A stretch of DNA of 64,000 nucleotides from an uncultured Verrucomicrobiae bacterium (GCA_963828525.1 CAWHEP010000003.1:32001-96000), one strand, 5' to 3'; counted from the first letter of the stretch, positions 22,265 through 34,302 are shown. Translations and numbers: made by a program. Notes: generated by a model not told the origin, from the sequence alone.

Positions 22265-23239
22265 TCAGGCGACGGTCTTCTCCCACCACGCGCGGTTGGC
22301 GACATACCAGTCGATTGTCGCGGCGATCCCTTCACCAGGGCGACGCAGTGGCTTCCAGCTAAGCTCATTGCGGATTTTTGAGGAATCAATCGCGTATCTC
22401 CGATCATGGCCCAGCCGGTCTGTCACATACCGGATGAGTTCCTTCGGCTTGCCCAGATGTTCCAGGATCATGTTTACCACATCGATATTCTTCATCTCGC
22501 CATCTGACCCGATGTTGTAGACTTCCCCCGGCTTGCCATCCAGCAACACAGAGAACACAGCGGCGCAGTGATCCTCAACGTGGATCCAATCACGAACGTT
22601 GAGCCCGTCTCCATACACCGGAAGCGGCTTGTCCCGCAGCGCGTTTATGATCATGAGCGGAATCAGCTTCTCCGGAAATTGATATGGCCCGTAGTTATTC
22701 GAGCAGCGGGTAATCACAACTTCCTGCCCGTAGGTTCGGTAACAGGCAAGCGCCAATAGATCAGCAGACGCTTTGCTCGCGGAATATGGTGAGCTCGGCT
22801 CGATTGGGGAGTGCTCCGTGAACTGCCCTTCGGGTCCGAGCGATCCGTAAACCTCATCGGTTGAAATTTGCACAAACCTCCTGACGCCATGGCGGCGGGC
22901 ACAGTCCAAGAGGACGCTGGTTCCCACCACGTTGCTGTGAATGAAGTTCTGAGGCGAGTTAATGCTCCGGTCGACATGTGACTCCGCGGCGAAGTTCACG
23001 ACGGCAAAGAATTGGTGCTGGCTCATGAGGGCGTCCATCTGCTCGGAGTTGGCGATGTCTGCCTTATGAAACTCGTAACGATCCCCGAAACGCTCCGCAA
23101 GACGCGCGACATTCCCGCTGTTTCCCGCATAGGTCAGGGCGTCCACGTTTGTGATGAACTCAGGCTTATAGTGGCTGAGGACGTAACGGATGAAATTACT
23201 TCCGATGAATCCACATCCGCCAGTTACGAGTAGTCGCAT
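22265..23239 (-). CDS. rfbB: dTDP-glucose 4,6-dehydratase
   Basis: TGGCGFIG, AAESHVDRS, STDEVYG, YSASK, NNYGPYQFPEKLIP. Confidence 0.95.
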   Translation of the reverse strand: MRLLVTGGCGFIGSNFIRYVLSHYKPEFITNVDALTYAGNSGNVARLAERFGDRYEFHKADIANSEQMDALMSQHQFFAVVNFAAESHVDRSINSPQNFIHSNVVGTSVLLDCARRHGVRRFVQISTDEVYGSLGPEGQFTEHSPIEPSSPYSASKASADLLALACYRTYGQEVVITRCSNNYGPYQFPEKLIPLMIINALRDKPLPVYGDGLNVRDWIHVEDHCAAVFSVLLDGKPGEVYNIGSDGEMKNIDVVNMILEHLGKPKELIRYVTDRLGHDRRYAIDSSKIRNELSWKPLRRPGEGIAATIDWYVANRAWWEKTVA

Positions 23240-23305
23240 CCCGCAGTTATCTACCAATCCGTTTCAGGGGGAGCTAGAACTTTCTGGGTTCGCGGACGTG
23301 GATGC

Positions 23306-25307
23306 CTAAAACTGCGCGCTGACACGCCACTCGTCTAGGAGCGGCTTCGGAACCTCGCTCAAGAACCGCGAGGGGCGCTGGAATGTCTCTCCGTAGCCCG
23401 CGCCCAGTCGCATGATCGGATAGGTCATATAGAGCTCGTCTCTTGCGCGGGTTACGGCCACATAGAAGAGGCGCCGTTCCTCTTCGATTGCTTCATCGGA
23501 CTCGAGGGAGCGGGCGCTTGGAAACATGCCGTCCGCCATCCAGATGAGAAAAACAACCTTCCACTCAAGCCCCTTGGCCTGGTGGATGGAGGAAAGGATG
23601 ACCATCTCGTTATCCCGCTCTCCACCGCCAAGTTCGGTCTCCGTCTCCAGACCGCTCACCAGCGCGAGCTGATCGAGGAACAGGTGAGGATCATCATATT
23701 GCCTGGCGTACTCACTCAGTGTCCGGAGATCCTCCCGGCGCGCCTCGTAGTTGGAGAACTTTGACTTGAGGTAATCGTCATAGATTGCCTCGAGCACGGA
23801 TTCAAGCATCAGAGCGGGGGGGCGCGGCTTTCCACCCGGAGCGATTTCGTCAAACGTGCAGACGAGCTGCTTCCAGGCTTTTGCGCTCCTGGCAGTCACG
23901 CGAACCGGTTCCAGGAGCTTTGCGAAGGAAGAGATCGGACCGTTCGTCCCCTCCCCCACTTGCTTCCAAATCTGTTCCGCGGAACGCGCGCCGATGCCCG
24001 GCAAGAGGCGAACCACGCGCTTCAATGCCACTTCATCTCGCGGGTTCACGACAAATTTCAGGAAGGCCGCGGCGTCCTTTACATGAGCTTGCTCGAAAAA
24101 CCGCAAGCCGCTGGTGATTTGGAACGGCACGCCGTGCCGGGTGAGTTCCATCTGCACCTCCATCGAGTGGTAATGTGCCCGATAGAGGATGGCAATTTCA
24201 TCAAGTTCGCAACCTTCGTCACGTAGCTCCAGAACGCGTTGCGCGACAAACAAGGCTTGCTGTCTTGAGTCGCCGAGCGGCACAAGCGCGGGCCTGGAAT
24301 CACTCACCGCGCGGTGCGGTTGCAGCTCCTTTTTGAACTGCCGGACGTTGTTCGAGATGACCGCGTTTGCGACGGACAGTATTTCCGGGACACTCCGGTA
24401 GTTGATCTCGATCTTGTAAACGGAGGCGCGCGGGTAACGCTTTGGAAAATCCAGGATGTTCTGAAAGTTCGCGCCCCGCCAGGAATAGATCGACTGCGCG
24501 TCATCGCCAACCACCATGATGTTGCCGTGATTGGCCGCGAGGGAGTCGATGAAATCCGCCTGCAGCTTATTTGTATCCTGGTACTCATCCACCAGGATGA
24601 ATTGGAACTGGTAGCGGTACATTTCAGCGACCTTTTCGTCGCTTCGGAGCAGTTCCAGCGGCTTCTCCAGTAAATCATCGAAATCCAGGGAATTCGCCGA
24701 CTTCTTCCTTTCCTCGTACCCGGAGGCGCATGTTCTCGATCTGTGGCAGGAGAGGCAGGAAGTAACTGTATTTCGATTCGAGAACCTCTCCGAGCGAGCG
24801 GTTTGTGTTAATGGAGAAACTGAAGATATCGGCCAGAATCTCCCCTTTCGGGAAGCGTTTATCTTTCGGATCGAGGCCAGAAGTGGCTATGACGGAGTCC
24901 AGCAGATCTTGCTGATCCTCGCGATCCATGATCGAAAAACCGTTCTGGAATCCAGCTGAAACAGCATGGCGGCGGAGCATACGATTGCCGATGGAGTGGA
25001 AGGTCCCGCCCCAAAGCCCTGCTGTCTCATGCGGGACGAGCGCGGAGACGCGATCCAGCATCTCGCGCGCCGCTTTGTTGGTAAAGGTTACAAGCAGGAT
25101 GTTGTTGGGCGCTATGCCGTTCTCGATGAGGTAGGCGACCCTGTAGATGAGAGTGCGTGTCTTACCGCTGCCGGCTCCTGCTATCACGAGCGCTGGCCCG
25201 GGTGGCGCTGTTACGGCGGCATGCTGTTGCGGATTGAGCTCGGCCGCGAAGTCGATCCTCGGGACCTCCGCCATTGGACGGCGTTTCAGCGTATACTCCC
25301 GTGCCAT
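23306..25307 (-). CDS. uvrD: UvrD/PcrA-family SF1 helicase, +1 frameshift at about 24719-24721
   Basis: AGAGSGKT and TFTNKAA in 24675..25307; DEYQD, GDDAQSIY, HQAKGLE, EERRLFYVA in 23306..24622; removing one base gives RLRYEERKK...DFDDLL. Confidence 0.9.
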
Positions 25308-25312
25308 CTGAA

Positions 25313-26023
25313 TCAGACGCCGCCGAGGTAGGCGTTTCGCACCTTTTCGTTTCTGCGCAGTTCCGCGGACTGCGCCTCCATGATAATCTTTCCTGTTTCC
25401 ATGACATACCCGTAGTCCGAAATCTCCAGCGCCAGATTCGCGTTTTGCTCTACCAGCAGCACGGTCAGGGAAAGTTGTTTGTTAATCTCTACGATCTTCG
25501 AAAAAATCGTTTTCACCAGTAGCGGCGCTATGCCCAGGGATGGCTCATCCAGCATCAGGCACTTGGGTTTGCTCATCAGCGCCCGCCCGATGGCGAGCAT
25601 CTGTTGTTCTCCTCCCGAGAGAGTTCCGGCTGTCTGCTTTTCGCGTTCTCGCAACCGCGGGAACATGCTGAAGATGAAATCGAAGTCCTCGGCAAATCTC
25701 TTCTTATCCCGCCGGAGATAGGCTCCCATCAACAAGTTCTCCCTGACTGTAAGGTTCGCGAAGACCATGCGTCCTTCCGGAACCTGCGAGAGCCCCATCC
25801 CAACGATCTTGTGCGCAGCCCGGTTGGTGATGTTTTCGCCTTCGAACGTGATGGAGCCCGACGCGGCTTTCAGCAGCCCGGAAATAGCCCGCAACGCTGT
25901 CGTCTTTCCAGCGCCATTCGCGCCGATAAGGGTAACAATGGAACCCTTTGCCACATTCAACGAGAGGCCTTGCAGCGCAACAATCGACCCATAGGCGACC
26001 TGAAGATTCTCTACTGCGAGCAT
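25313..26023 (-). CDS. livF: Branched-chain amino acid ABC ATPase
   Basis: GANGAGKT, LSGGEQQ, DEPSLG, EQN. Confidence 0.93.
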   Translation of the reverse strand: MLAVENLQVAYGSIVALQGLSLNVAKGSIVTLIGANGAGKTTALRAISGLLKAASGSITFEGENITNRAAHKIVGMGLSQVPEGRMVFANLTVRENLLMGAYLRRDKKRFAEDFDFIFSMFPRLREREKQTAGTLSGGEQQMLAIGRALMSKPKCLMLDEPSLGIAPLLVKTIFSKIVEINKQLSLTVLLVEQNANLALEISDYGYVMETGKIIMEAQSAELRRNEKVRNAYLGGV

Positions 26024-26805
26024 GCTGGGTTCAAAGATGAGGATTCAGGCCCGAGGTAAGCCTCGATGACCTTCGGGTTACACTTTATTTCCGATGGCGA
26101 ACCCTCGGCGATTTTCACGCCATAATCGAGCACAGCGATCCTTTCGCAAATGCCCATGACCACCCGCATATCGTGCTCCACCAGCAGCACGGCGATGCTG
26201 AACTTTTCCTGTGTGAACCGGATCAGGCGCATCAGTTCCTGCTTTTCAGTCGGGTTCATGCCAGCAGCCGGCTCATCGAGCAGGAGAAGCTTCGGTTTGG
26301 TTGCCAGCGCGCGCACAATTTCCAGACGCCGTTGGTCCCCATAAGGGAGGCTCTTGCACATGGACTCGCGCGCGTGGCTGAGACCGAAAATTTCCAGCAA
26401 CTCCATAACTTCCCTGTCAACGCGCCCTTCCTCACGCAAAAACCCGGGGCCCCGCCACAATGCGTGAGCAATGCCGTGGCTGAGGCGCATATTGAGAGCC
26501 GCCCTTACGTTGTCGAAAACGGATAGCGAATCAAAAAGGCGGATGTTTTGGAAAGTGCGAGCTATCCCTCGAGCCGTGATCTTGTACGGTCGTTTGCCCT
26601 TCACGGACTTGCCCTCAAACATTATCTCTCCCGCAGTCGGCGCATAGACACCGGTGATGAGATTGAAGACCGTCGTCTTCCCCGCGCCGTTCGGTCCGAT
26701 GATCCCTACCATTTCACCGCCCGCAATTTCCAGGTTTAAGGCGGATACTGCCTTGAGGCCACCGAACTGGACGGTGCAATCCCGGAGACTCAGAAGTTCA
26801 CTCAT
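26011..26805 (-). CDS. livG: Branched-chain amino acid ABC ATPase
   Basis: Start MSELL; GPNGAGKT, RTFQN, DEPAAG, EHDM, AYLG. Confidence 0.93.
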   Translation of the reverse strand: MSELLSLRDCTVQFGGLKAVSALNLEIAGGEMVGIIGPNGAGKTTVFNLITGVYAPTAGEIMFEGKSVKGKRPYKITARGIARTFQNIRLFDSLSVFDNVRAALNMRLSHGIAHALWRGPGFLREEGRVDREVMELLEIFGLSHARESMCKSLPYGDQRRLEIVRALATKPKLLLLDEPAAGMNPTEKQELMRLIRFTQEKFSIAVLLVEHDMRVVMGICERIAVLDYGVKIAEGSPSEIKCNPKVIEAYLGPESSSLNPACSQ

Positions 26806-27812
26806 GCTGGCTTCTTGCTTGCGCCCGGAAGGAAGCGGCGCAACCCACCTAAGCCGCCAAAAAGGCCCTGGGGACGGACAAGCATCAGCAGAATAAGGAG
26901 GAGCGAATAGATTATCATCCGGTTTTGAGCGATGCTTCGCAGCCAGGCCGGGAGGAACCCAAATCCGGCCACGGTCCGCAACCATTCTGGAAGAATTGTC
27001 AGCAGGATGGCGGCGAATACAACTCCCGCGGTATTTCCCATGCCCCCGAGGATCACCATTACAACGATATCAACCGACTTGAAAAAGTCGAAGCCATCGG
27101 GGCTGATGAATTGTTTGAAGTGCGCGTAAAGAGCCCCCGCGACGCCTGCGAAGAACGCGCCCAAAGTAAAAGCAAGGACCTTGTACTTGGTCGTATTTAT
27201 CCCCATGGCCTCGGCGGCGATCTCATCATCCCGCACCGTCAGAAATCCTCGCCCATAGGTGGAAGCCACCAGCATTGTAACGACATAAACCGCGATGGAA
27301 GCCACCGCGAAGGTCCAGAAGAAGTTTGTGTAACCCGAGGGAACGGAGAAGCCCCGCGAGGCTCCCACAGCATCCGTGTTCTGAATAACGACCACTATGA
27401 TCTGTCCGAAACCGAGCGTGACAATGGCAAGATAATCTCCCTTTAGCCGCAGAGAGGGAACTCCCACGATCAGTCCCGCGAGGGCGGCGGCGACGCCCCC
27501 AGCGCTAAGAGCGGTCAGGAACATGACCGCTATCGAGAAAACACCGGGACCTCCAAGATGCAAAAGGAACGGGCCGGAGAGAAAAGTGGTGAAGGCGGCG
27601 GCGGTGTAGGCGCCCACCGCCATGAATCCGGCATGGCCGAGCGAGAATTGGCCGGTGTAGCCGTTCACCAGGTTCAGGCTTACGGCCAGGATGATGTTAA
27701 TCCCGATGGAGAGGATGACGTCGTAATAGTAGGGGTTGATCGAACCTTCAAACTTCGAAACGACGAAGCTGAGCGCGAGAGCCAGAAGGAGATAGGTCCG
27801 GGGATGACGCAT
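26802..27812 (-). CDS. livM: Branched-chain amino acid ABC permease
   Basis: GYTGQFSLGH, LRLKGDYLAIVT, RDDEIAA, LGGMG. Confidence 0.92.
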   Translation of the reverse strand: MRHPRTYLLLALALSFVVSKFEGSINPYYYDVILSIGINIILAVSLNLVNGYTGQFSLGHAGFMAVGAYTAAAFTTFLSGPFLLHLGGPGVFSIAVMFLTALSAGGVAAALAGLIVGVPSLRLKGDYLAIVTLGFGQIIVVVIQNTDAVGASRGFSVPSGYTNFFWTFAVASIAVYVVTMLVASTYGRGFLTVRDDEIAAEAMGINTTKYKVLAFTLGAFFAGVAGALYAHFKQFISPDGFDFFKSVDIVVMVILGGMGNTAGVVFAAILLTILPEWLRTVAGFGFLPAWLRSIAQNRMIIYSLLLILLMLVRPQGLFGGLGGLRRFLPGASKKPA

Positions 27813-28732
27813 CAGACTTTCTCGCGTTCCACTTTCCCGAGGAGACCAGCGGGTTTGAATAACAAGATGAGAATGAGGATGGCAAAAGCGACCGCGTCCC
27901 GGTAGGTGGAGGGGATGTGGAGCAGATCGCTGTAGCCAACTACCAGCGTTTCCACAAGGCCGATAATCAGGCCCCCGAGCGCCGCGCCAGGGATATTTCC
28001 TATCCCTCCGAGGACGGCCGCGACGAACGCTTTAAGGCCGGGAAGAATACCCATGAGGGGGTCTATGGACGGGTAGCTGATGGAATACAGGATGCCAGCG
28101 GCAGCGGCAAGGGCAGATCCCAAGCCAAATGTGAACGAGATCACGACATCGTTATTGATGCCCATCAAAGATGCGGCCGCCGGGTTGAACGCCAGCGCGC
28201 GCATGGCCATTCCCATCTTTGTCTTCACGACCACCCATCGCAGAGCCACCAGGAGCACGAGAGTCACACCGATCACCAGAACCTGGCTCACGGTGACCGT
28301 GAGATCACCCAGGCCCGCTATCGCATGGTCATCTATGATCTCAGGAAACGGCTTCGGATCAGGCCCGAAGACAAACTGGCCGGCGTTCTCCAGGAACAGG
28401 GAGACGCCTATCGCGGTGATGAGAACCGTCAGCCTCGGGCGGTTCCGCAGAGGCCTGTACACGAGCTTCTCGATAATGACGCCAATCGCGGCGCAGATGA
28501 GCATTGAAGCAATAAGAACGCATATCCCACCCGTGATTGACTGCTCTCCAAACAGCCGGGCGAACCTTGGATACAGGTAATACCCAGCGAACGCTCCCAG
28601 CATGTAGATATCTCCGTGGGCGAAGTTGATGAATCGCAGGACCCCATAAACCATCGTGTACCCGAGAGCGATAAGGGCATAGATAGCGCCGAGGGACAGG
28701 CCGTTTATAACCTGCTGGAGAAACTCCGTCAT
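27812..28732 (-). CDS. livH: Branched-chain amino acid ABC permease
   Basis: YALIALGYTMVYG, NFAHG, KAFVAAVLGGIG. Confidence 0.93.
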   Translation of the reverse strand: MTEFLQQVINGLSLGAIYALIALGYTMVYGVLRFINFAHGDIYMLGAFAGYYLYPRFARLFGEQSITGGICVLIASMLICAAIGVIIEKLVYRPLRNRPRLTVLITAIGVSLFLENAGQFVFGPDPKPFPEIIDDHAIAGLGDLTVTVSQVLVIGVTLVLLVALRWVVVKTKMGMAMRALAFNPAAASLMGINNDVVISFTFGLGSALAAAAGILYSISYPSIDPLMGILPGLKAFVAAVLGGIGNIPGAALGGLIIGLVETLVVGYSDLLHIPSTYRDAVAFAILILILLFKPAGLLGKVEREKV

Positions 28733-28774
28733 CTCGACAGATGGCGCGCGGCTCGGATATTGAGAGACTGCGAC

Positions 28775-29896
28775 CTAGGGCGCAATGGTATCCACGTAGT
28801 TGAACTTGCCGTCCTTGATCTCGAGGACGACCGCAGGCTTCGTGGCATTGCGCTCCGCATCGATGGTGATCTTCCCAGTGACTCCCGAAAACTCCTTCGT
28901 TCCCGCGATCGCCGCTCGCAACTTGTCGCCGTCTGTGACACCCGCCCGCTTAATGGCATCCGCCAGGATCATCGCCGAGTCGTACCCGAGAGCGGACATG
29001 GCGTCGGCGTCCATGCTAAACTTTTCTTTGTATCGTTTCAGGAATCCCTGCACCACCGCCGACTTATCCTGAGTCGTGAAGTGGTTCGAGAAAAAGTCGC
29101 CTTCCAAGGCCTTGCCTCCGATCTTAACGAGGTCTTCCGAATCCCACCCGTCACCGCCAAGAAGCGATACCTTTAGTCCCAACTGCTGGGCTTGCCGCGC
29201 AATCAGACCTACTTCCGTATAATAACCAGGGACAAAGATGGCGTCGGGCTTGGATGGTTTGATTGATGTCAGTTGCGCTCTGAAGTCCTTGTCACCCGAA
29301 CTGTAATTCTGATCCTTCACCACCTCGCCCCCATGGCTTGCGAGATAGTCCTTGAAAAACTGCGCGAGGCCCATGCTGTAGTCCTGCTTTACGTCCTTCA
29401 ATACGGCGACACGCTTCCAACCTCGTGACAGCGCGAACTTGGCCATGACGGTACCCTGAAATGGATCGATGAAGCAAACGCGGAAGATGTAATCGCCAAC
29501 CTGGGTGACCTTCGGGTTGGTAGAGGCGGGAGAAATCATCGGGATATGATTTTCCTGCGCGATGGGCGCGGCTTCGAGCGATTTGGACGAAGCCACTTCA
29601 CCGAGGATCGCGATGACTTTGTTCTGCGAGATCAGCTTCCGTACGATGGTCGCTGGCTGTCCCGCCTTGCTCTGATCGTCCTCCGTGAACAGGGCGATCT
29701 TCCTGCCCAAGACCCCCCCCGCCGCGTTGATTTCCTCAACAGCCATCGCGGTGCCATTGTGCGAGGAGACTCCGAAGGTCGCGGTTCCTCCCGTCATAGA
29801 TGCGAACTCCCCGACGTTTATGTCCTCTTCTGCCGTGGCCAGGAGAGCTGGCATTAGAAGAGCTAAGAACAATGTGAACTGGCGCAAACGAAGCAT
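28775..29896 (-). CDS. livK: Branched-chain amino acid ABC substrate-binding protein
   Basis: Signal peptide; INAAGGVLG, ISPASTN, FRVCFIDPFQG; first gene of the liv operon. Confidence 0.88.
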   Translation of the reverse strand: MLRLRQFTLFLALLMPALLATAEEDINVGEFASMTGGTATFGVSSHNGTAMAVEEINAAGGVLGRKIALFTEDDQSKAGQPATIVRKLISQNKVIAILGEVASSKSLEAAPIAQENHIPMISPASTNPKVTQVGDYIFRVCFIDPFQGTVMAKFALSRGWKRVAVLKDVKQDYSMGLAQFFKDYLASHGGEVVKDQNYSSGDKDFRAQLTSIKPSKPDAIFVPGYYTEVGLIARQAQQLGLKVSLLGGDGWDSEDLVKIGGKALEGDFFSNHFTTQDKSAVVQGFLKRYKEKFSMDADAMSALGYDSAMILADAIKRAGVTDGDKLRAAIAGTKEFSGVTGKITIDAERNATKPAVVLEIKDGKFNYVDTIAP

Positions 29897-30043
29897 AATT
29901 TTCCCTTTTTTCAGTGACTTTGGATTCCCTACGCGGGATGTTAGAGAAACAGATTCTTCAATTCAATAGACAAACGTCGCAGCTCACATTTTCCGCTTCT
30001 TGCTCTTGCGCCAAGCCTCCTCTTATCCTAATTCCGCACTGAT

Positions 30044-30427
30044 ATGTCCCAGTCGAGTGTAGCAGTCATCGGCGCGTCCAGTGATCGGCGCAAATATGGA
30101 AACAAAGCCGTGCGCGCCTATCTGTCGACTGGTTTCAAGGTGTTTCCTGTGAACCTGCGGGGAGAGTCCATTGAAGGACTTCCTTCGTATAAGTCACTGG
30201 CAGAGATCCCGGAGAAAGTCGACTTTGTGAGCCTTTATGTCACGCCAGCCGTTGGAATCCAGATGCTTTCGGCGATCGCCGATATGGAACCACAAGAGGT
30301 CTGGCTAAATCCTGGCTCCGAAAGCGATGATCTCATAGAAGCGGCAGCCGACTTGAAGCTGCGAGTAATAGTCGCTTGCTCCATACAGGCATTGGGGATC
30401 AATCCATCCGAACTGTCCGACAAATGA
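30044..30427 (+). CDS. CoA-binding protein (YccU-like)
   Basis: VAVIGAS...KYGN, VFPVN, VWLNPG. Confidence 0.88.
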   Translation: MSQSSVAVIGASSDRRKYGNKAVRAYLSTGFKVFPVNLRGESIEGLPSYKSLAEIPEKVDFVSLYVTPAVGIQMLSAIADMEPQEVWLNPGSESDDLIEAAADLKLRVIVACSIQALGINPSELSDK

Positions 30428-30452
30428 CTTCCCCCCTCCCCCCGCGACCGAA

Positions 30453-31139
30453 TTGATAACGCGCTTCTACAAATCCTCAATCGGGAAGAAGTGGATAGTA
30501 GCGCTAACGGGACTGGCGCTCATTGCGTATGTGGTCGGACATATGGCTGGCAACCTCCAGATCTTCATCAGCCAGGATCGCATCAACGACTATGCCGTGT
30601 TCCTGCACAGCATGGGCCCGCTGCTCTGGGCAGTGCGAGCGCTCCTGCTTGCAGCGTTCGTTATCCACATCCTGGTGACCGTCCAACTAGCCGCGCAAAA
30701 TCGGCGGGCGCGTCCGATCAGCTATGCCATGAAGCGCGATGTGAGGGCTCGCGCTTCTTCCAAGACGATGATCCTCAGCGGGCTGATAGTTCTGTGCTTT
30801 GTGGTCTTTCACATCTTGCATTTCACCACGCACAACATCGACTCAAAGTTCGGACTGCTGGAGGATTCACGGGGAAGGCATGATGTCTTCTCCATGGTGA
30901 TCCTGGGGTTCAGCAATGCGTGGGTATCCGGTTTTTATATCCTGGCGATGTTTCTTCTCTGTCTGCATCTCAGCCACGGATTCCAGAGCTTCTTCCAAAC
31001 CTTGGGATTGAATAGTAAAAAGGTCGCTCCCTTGCTAAACGTCGGCAGTCGCGTGGCGGCAGCCGTCATCTTTTTTGGCTACACGGCTATTCCGATAGCC
31101 GTTCTTGCGCGCCTCCTGAAGCTTCCCGGACACCCATGA
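30453..31139 (+). CDS. sdhC: Succinate dehydrogenase cytochrome b subunit
   Basis: SSIGKK...TG, HMAGN, heme His residues, HLSHG; true start may be ATG 30424 (see findings). Confidence 0.92.
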   Translation: MITRFYKSSIGKKWIVALTGLALIAYVVGHMAGNLQIFISQDRINDYAVFLHSMGPLLWAVRALLLAAFVIHILVTVQLAAQNRRARPISYAMKRDVRARASSKTMILSGLIVLCFVVFHILHFTTHNIDSKFGLLEDSRGRHDVFSMVILGFSNAWVSGFYILAMFLLCLHLSHGFQSFFQTLGLNSKKVAPLLNVGSRVAAAVIFFGYTAIPIAVLARLLKLPGHP

Positions 31140-33055
31140 TCTCAAATCTCGACGCGCGGATACCCGACGGACCTCTTGAAGGGAAATGGCAGAAGCACCA
31201 ATTCGATTCCAAGCTCATCAATCCCGCCAACAGGAGGAAGTTCGATGTCATCGTCGTGGGTTCCGGGCTTGCTGGAGGAGCGGCGGCGGCAACCCTTGGG
31301 GAGCTCGGCTACAAGGTAAAATGTTTCTGCTACCAGGACAGTCCGCGCCGCGCCCATAGCATCGCCGCGCAGGGAGGTATAAACGCCGCGAAGAACTATC
31401 AGAACGATGGAGACAGCGTTTACCGGCTCTTTTACGATACCGTGAAGGGTGGGGATTTTCGATCCCGTGAGGCGAATGTTTTCCGGCTGGCCGAAGTGAG
31501 CGCGAATATCATTGACCAATGTGTCGCGCAGGGCGTGCCGTTTGCCCGCGAATATGGCGGGCTGCTGGCGAATCGATCTTTTGGGGGCGCGCAGGTCTCT
31601 CGCACTTTCTATGCGCGCGGTCAAACCGGCCAGCAACTCCTCATGGGCACATACTCGGCGCTGTGCCGGCAGATTGGACTGGGGACGGTGGAGATGTTCC
31701 CCCGGACGGAAATGCTGGATCTGGTCCTCGTCGACGGGCACGCGAAGGGCATCATCGCGAGGAATATGGTGACTGGTGAAATAGCGTCACACGCGGCAGA
31801 CACAGTAATTCTGGCGACCGGCGGTTACGGTAACGTCTTCTATCTGTCGACCAACGCGAAGGGGTGCAACGTCACAGCCACGTGGCGGGCTTGCAAGAAG
31901 GGCGCCTACTTTGCAAACCCATGCTACACCCAGATTCACCCCACGTGCATCCCGGTGAGTGGGGAATACCAGTCAAAACTGACGTTGATGTCGGAGTCTT
32001 TGCGAAACGACGGCAGAGTGTGGGCGCCAGTTCGAAAGAATGATACTCGCCCCCCGAGCCAAATACCGGACGCTGAACGCGACTACTACCTGGAGCGCAA
32101 ATACCCGAGCTATGGCAATCTGGCGGCGCGGGACATCTCTTCACGCGCCGCAAAGGAGGCGTGTGATGATGGAAGGGGCGTCGGTCCTGGCGGCCTTGGC
32201 GTCTACCTCGATTTCGCGGATTCCATCAAGCGGCTGGGCGTGAACGTGATTCGGGAGCGGTACGGGAACCTGTTCGACATGTATCACAAAATCACCAACG
32301 AGGACGCATACAAGGCGCCGATGCGCATCTATCCCGCGGTGCATTACACCATGGGCGGTCTCTGGGTGGACTACAATCTCATGAGTAACATCCCCGGCTT
32401 GCACGTGCTCGGGGAAGCTAATTTTTCCGATCATGGAGCCAACCGCCTCGGCGCGAGCGCCCTCATGCAGGGCCTGGCGGACGGATACTTTGTTTTGCCA
32501 AACACAATCGGCGGCTATCTTGCCACGCAGGCGGGCAGGAAAGTAACAACCGCTGATCCCGCGTTCAAGAAAGCGGGAGAGGATGCGCGCTCCCGTTTGA
32601 CGAAGCTTTTGAAGATCAAAGGAAAACGCACGGTGGATTCATTCCACAGGGAACTCGGCCTCCTTTTATGGGATAAATGCGGCATGTCGCGCAATGAGGC
32701 GGGTCTGAAAGAGGCGATAACCCGCGTGGCGGAGATAAGGGAGGAGTTTTGGCAGAACGCGAATGTCCCGGGCGAGAATGAGGAACTCAACCAGTCGCTG
32801 GAGAAAGCGGGCCGGGTCGCGGACTTCCTGGAATTCGCGGAACTGATGTGCCGGGACGCGTTGAGCAGGAACGAGTCGTGCGGAGGCCATTTCAGGGAAG
32901 AATTCCAGACTGCTGATGGTGAGGCAAAACGCGACGACGAGAATTACGCTTATGTTTCGGCATGGGAATGGTCTGGCAATGACAGTGAACCGATCCTCCA
33001 CAAGGAGCCTCTGGATTTTGAGAGCGTTCATCTCGCGCAAAGGAGTTACAAGTAG
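31136..33055 (+). CDS. sdhA: Succinate dehydrogenase/fumarate reductase flavoprotein
   Basis: [34 protein letters not shown]. Confidence 0.97.
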   Translation: MISNLDARIPDGPLEGKWQKHQFDSKLINPANRRKFDVIVVGSGLAGGAAAATLGELGYKVKCFCYQDSPRRAHSIAAQGGINAAKNYQNDGDSVYRLFYDTVKGGDFRSREANVFRLAEVSANIIDQCVAQGVPFAREYGGLLANRSFGGAQVSRTFYARGQTGQQLLMGTYSALCRQIGLGTVEMFPRTEMLDLVLVDGHAKGIIARNMVTGEIASHAADTVILATGGYGNVFYLSTNAKGCNVTATWRACKKGAYFANPCYTQIHPTCIPVSGEYQSKLTLMSESLRNDGRVWAPVRKNDTRPPSQIPDAERDYYLERKYPSYGNLAARDISSRAAKEACDDGRGVGPGGLGVYLDFADSIKRLGVNVIRERYGNLFDMYHKITNEDAYKAPMRIYPAVHYTMGGLWVDYNLMSNIPGLHVLGEANFSDHGANRLGASALMQGLADGYFVLPNTIGGYLATQAGRKVTTADPAFKKAGEDARSRLTKLLKIKGKRTVDSFHRELGLLLWDKCGMSRNEAGLKEAITRVAEIREEFWQNANVPGENEELNQSLEKAGRVADFLEFAELMCRDALSRNESCGGHFREEFQTADGEAKRDDENYAYVSAWEWSGNDSEPILHKEPLDFESVHLAQRSYK

Positions 33056-33808
33056 GTGAACTTCAAACTCAAAGTTTGGCGACAGCCGAACGGCAGCGCG
33101 AAAGGCCGCCTTGTGGATTACCCCGCTGAGAATATCCCCGAGGAAGCCTCTTTTCTTGAGATGCTGGACATCGTCAACGAAGGTCTGATTCTGAAAGGTG
33201 AATCACCGATCGCGTTCGACCACGACTGCCGGGAAGGGATTTGCGGGATGTGCAGCTTGGTGATTAACGGGATCGCGCACGGTCCAGAGCGCGCCACCAC
33301 GACTTGCCAGCTTTACATGCGTCGCTTCAAGGATGGCCAGACAATATACGTAGAGCCTTTCCGGGCGGGGCAATTCCCCTTGCTCAAGGATCTCATCACC
33401 AATCGGGGAGCGCTGGATCGCATCACGCAGGCCGGAGGATTCATCACGTCGCGCGCGGGCTCGGCGCCGGACGGCAACGCCACTCCCATTCCAAAACAGG
33501 ATGCTGACAGCGCCATGGACGCGGCCGCTTGCATCGGGTGCGGCGCATGCGTGGCGGCGTGCCCTAACTCATCGGCGATGCTCTTCACAGCCGCGAAGGT
33601 CTCCCACTTGGGATTGCTGCCGCAAGGGCAGCCTGAGCGGTCCCGCCGCGTTATGAGCATGGTCCGAGCGATGGACAAAGAGGGTTTTGGCAACTGCTCT
33701 AATCATTACGAGTGCGAGGCCGTCTGCCCCGCCGAGATCAGTGTGGCGTTTATCGCGAGGATGAATCGTGATTATGCCGCCGCCTTGGTGAAAGACAGCA
33801 TCGAATAA
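33056..33808 (+). CDS. sdhB: Succinate dehydrogenase iron-sulfur subunit
   Basis: [33 protein letters not shown]. Confidence 0.96.
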   Translation: MNFKLKVWRQPNGSAKGRLVDYPAENIPEEASFLEMLDIVNEGLILKGESPIAFDHDCREGICGMCSLVINGIAHGPERATTTCQLYMRRFKDGQTIYVEPFRAGQFPLLKDLITNRGALDRITQAGGFITSRAGSAPDGNATPIPKQDADSAMDAAACIGCGACVAACPNSSAMLFTAAKVSHLGLLPQGQPERSRRVMSMVRAMDKEGFGNCSNHYECEAVCPAEISVAFIARMNRDYAAALVKDSIE

Positions 33809-33819
33809 CTTGTGTTCTT

Positions 33820-34302
33820 CTACGGGACGTCAACGGGCGTTCCGACGACTGGCTCGCCCTTCTTTCCAACAGGCGCTTTCCCTGTGGCCTGGGCGTACAC
33901 CTTGGTCATTATGTCGATGTGAGTGAGGTCTGGCGCGAGGATGGCTTGGGCGCCATCGGTTCGGATCCAGTGGCTGGCGTCAACTTTCTTCCAAAGAGCA
34001 AAAGGCCCGTTTCGGTCGAGAATCGCTTTGCAAACGTCCTCCGTCAGCGGCAGCGGTGGGGCTTCGCGGCGGTAGCCAACGCGACTGGCAATGTCGCCGA
34101 CATAGGTGATGTCTATCAGCCATCCAGAGTGTTTATACAGGGCGGTGTTCAGCTCAAGATCATGCTTCAGGAAAGCACCGTATCTCTCCTCGCACTGCTC
34201 CCGCGAATCACCAAGTCTTCCTTGAGCCGGGGCGCATGCGAGCACCGCGCAGAAGCAGGCCAGCCCGGCCATCCATCGGAACCTCAAATTCGTCGCTCTC
34301 AA
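33820..34302 (-). CDS. Secreted hypothetical protein
   Basis: Signal peptide then RLGDSREQCEERYG; start overlaps the rng stop. Confidence 0.65.
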   Translation of the reverse strand: MRATNLRFRWMAGLACFCAVLACAPAQGRLGDSREQCEERYGAFLKHDLELNTALYKHSGWLIDITYVGDIASRVGYRREAPPLPLTEDVCKAILDRNGPFALWKKVDASHWIRTDGAQAILAPDLTHIDIMTKVYAQATGKAPVGKKGEPVVGTPVDVP

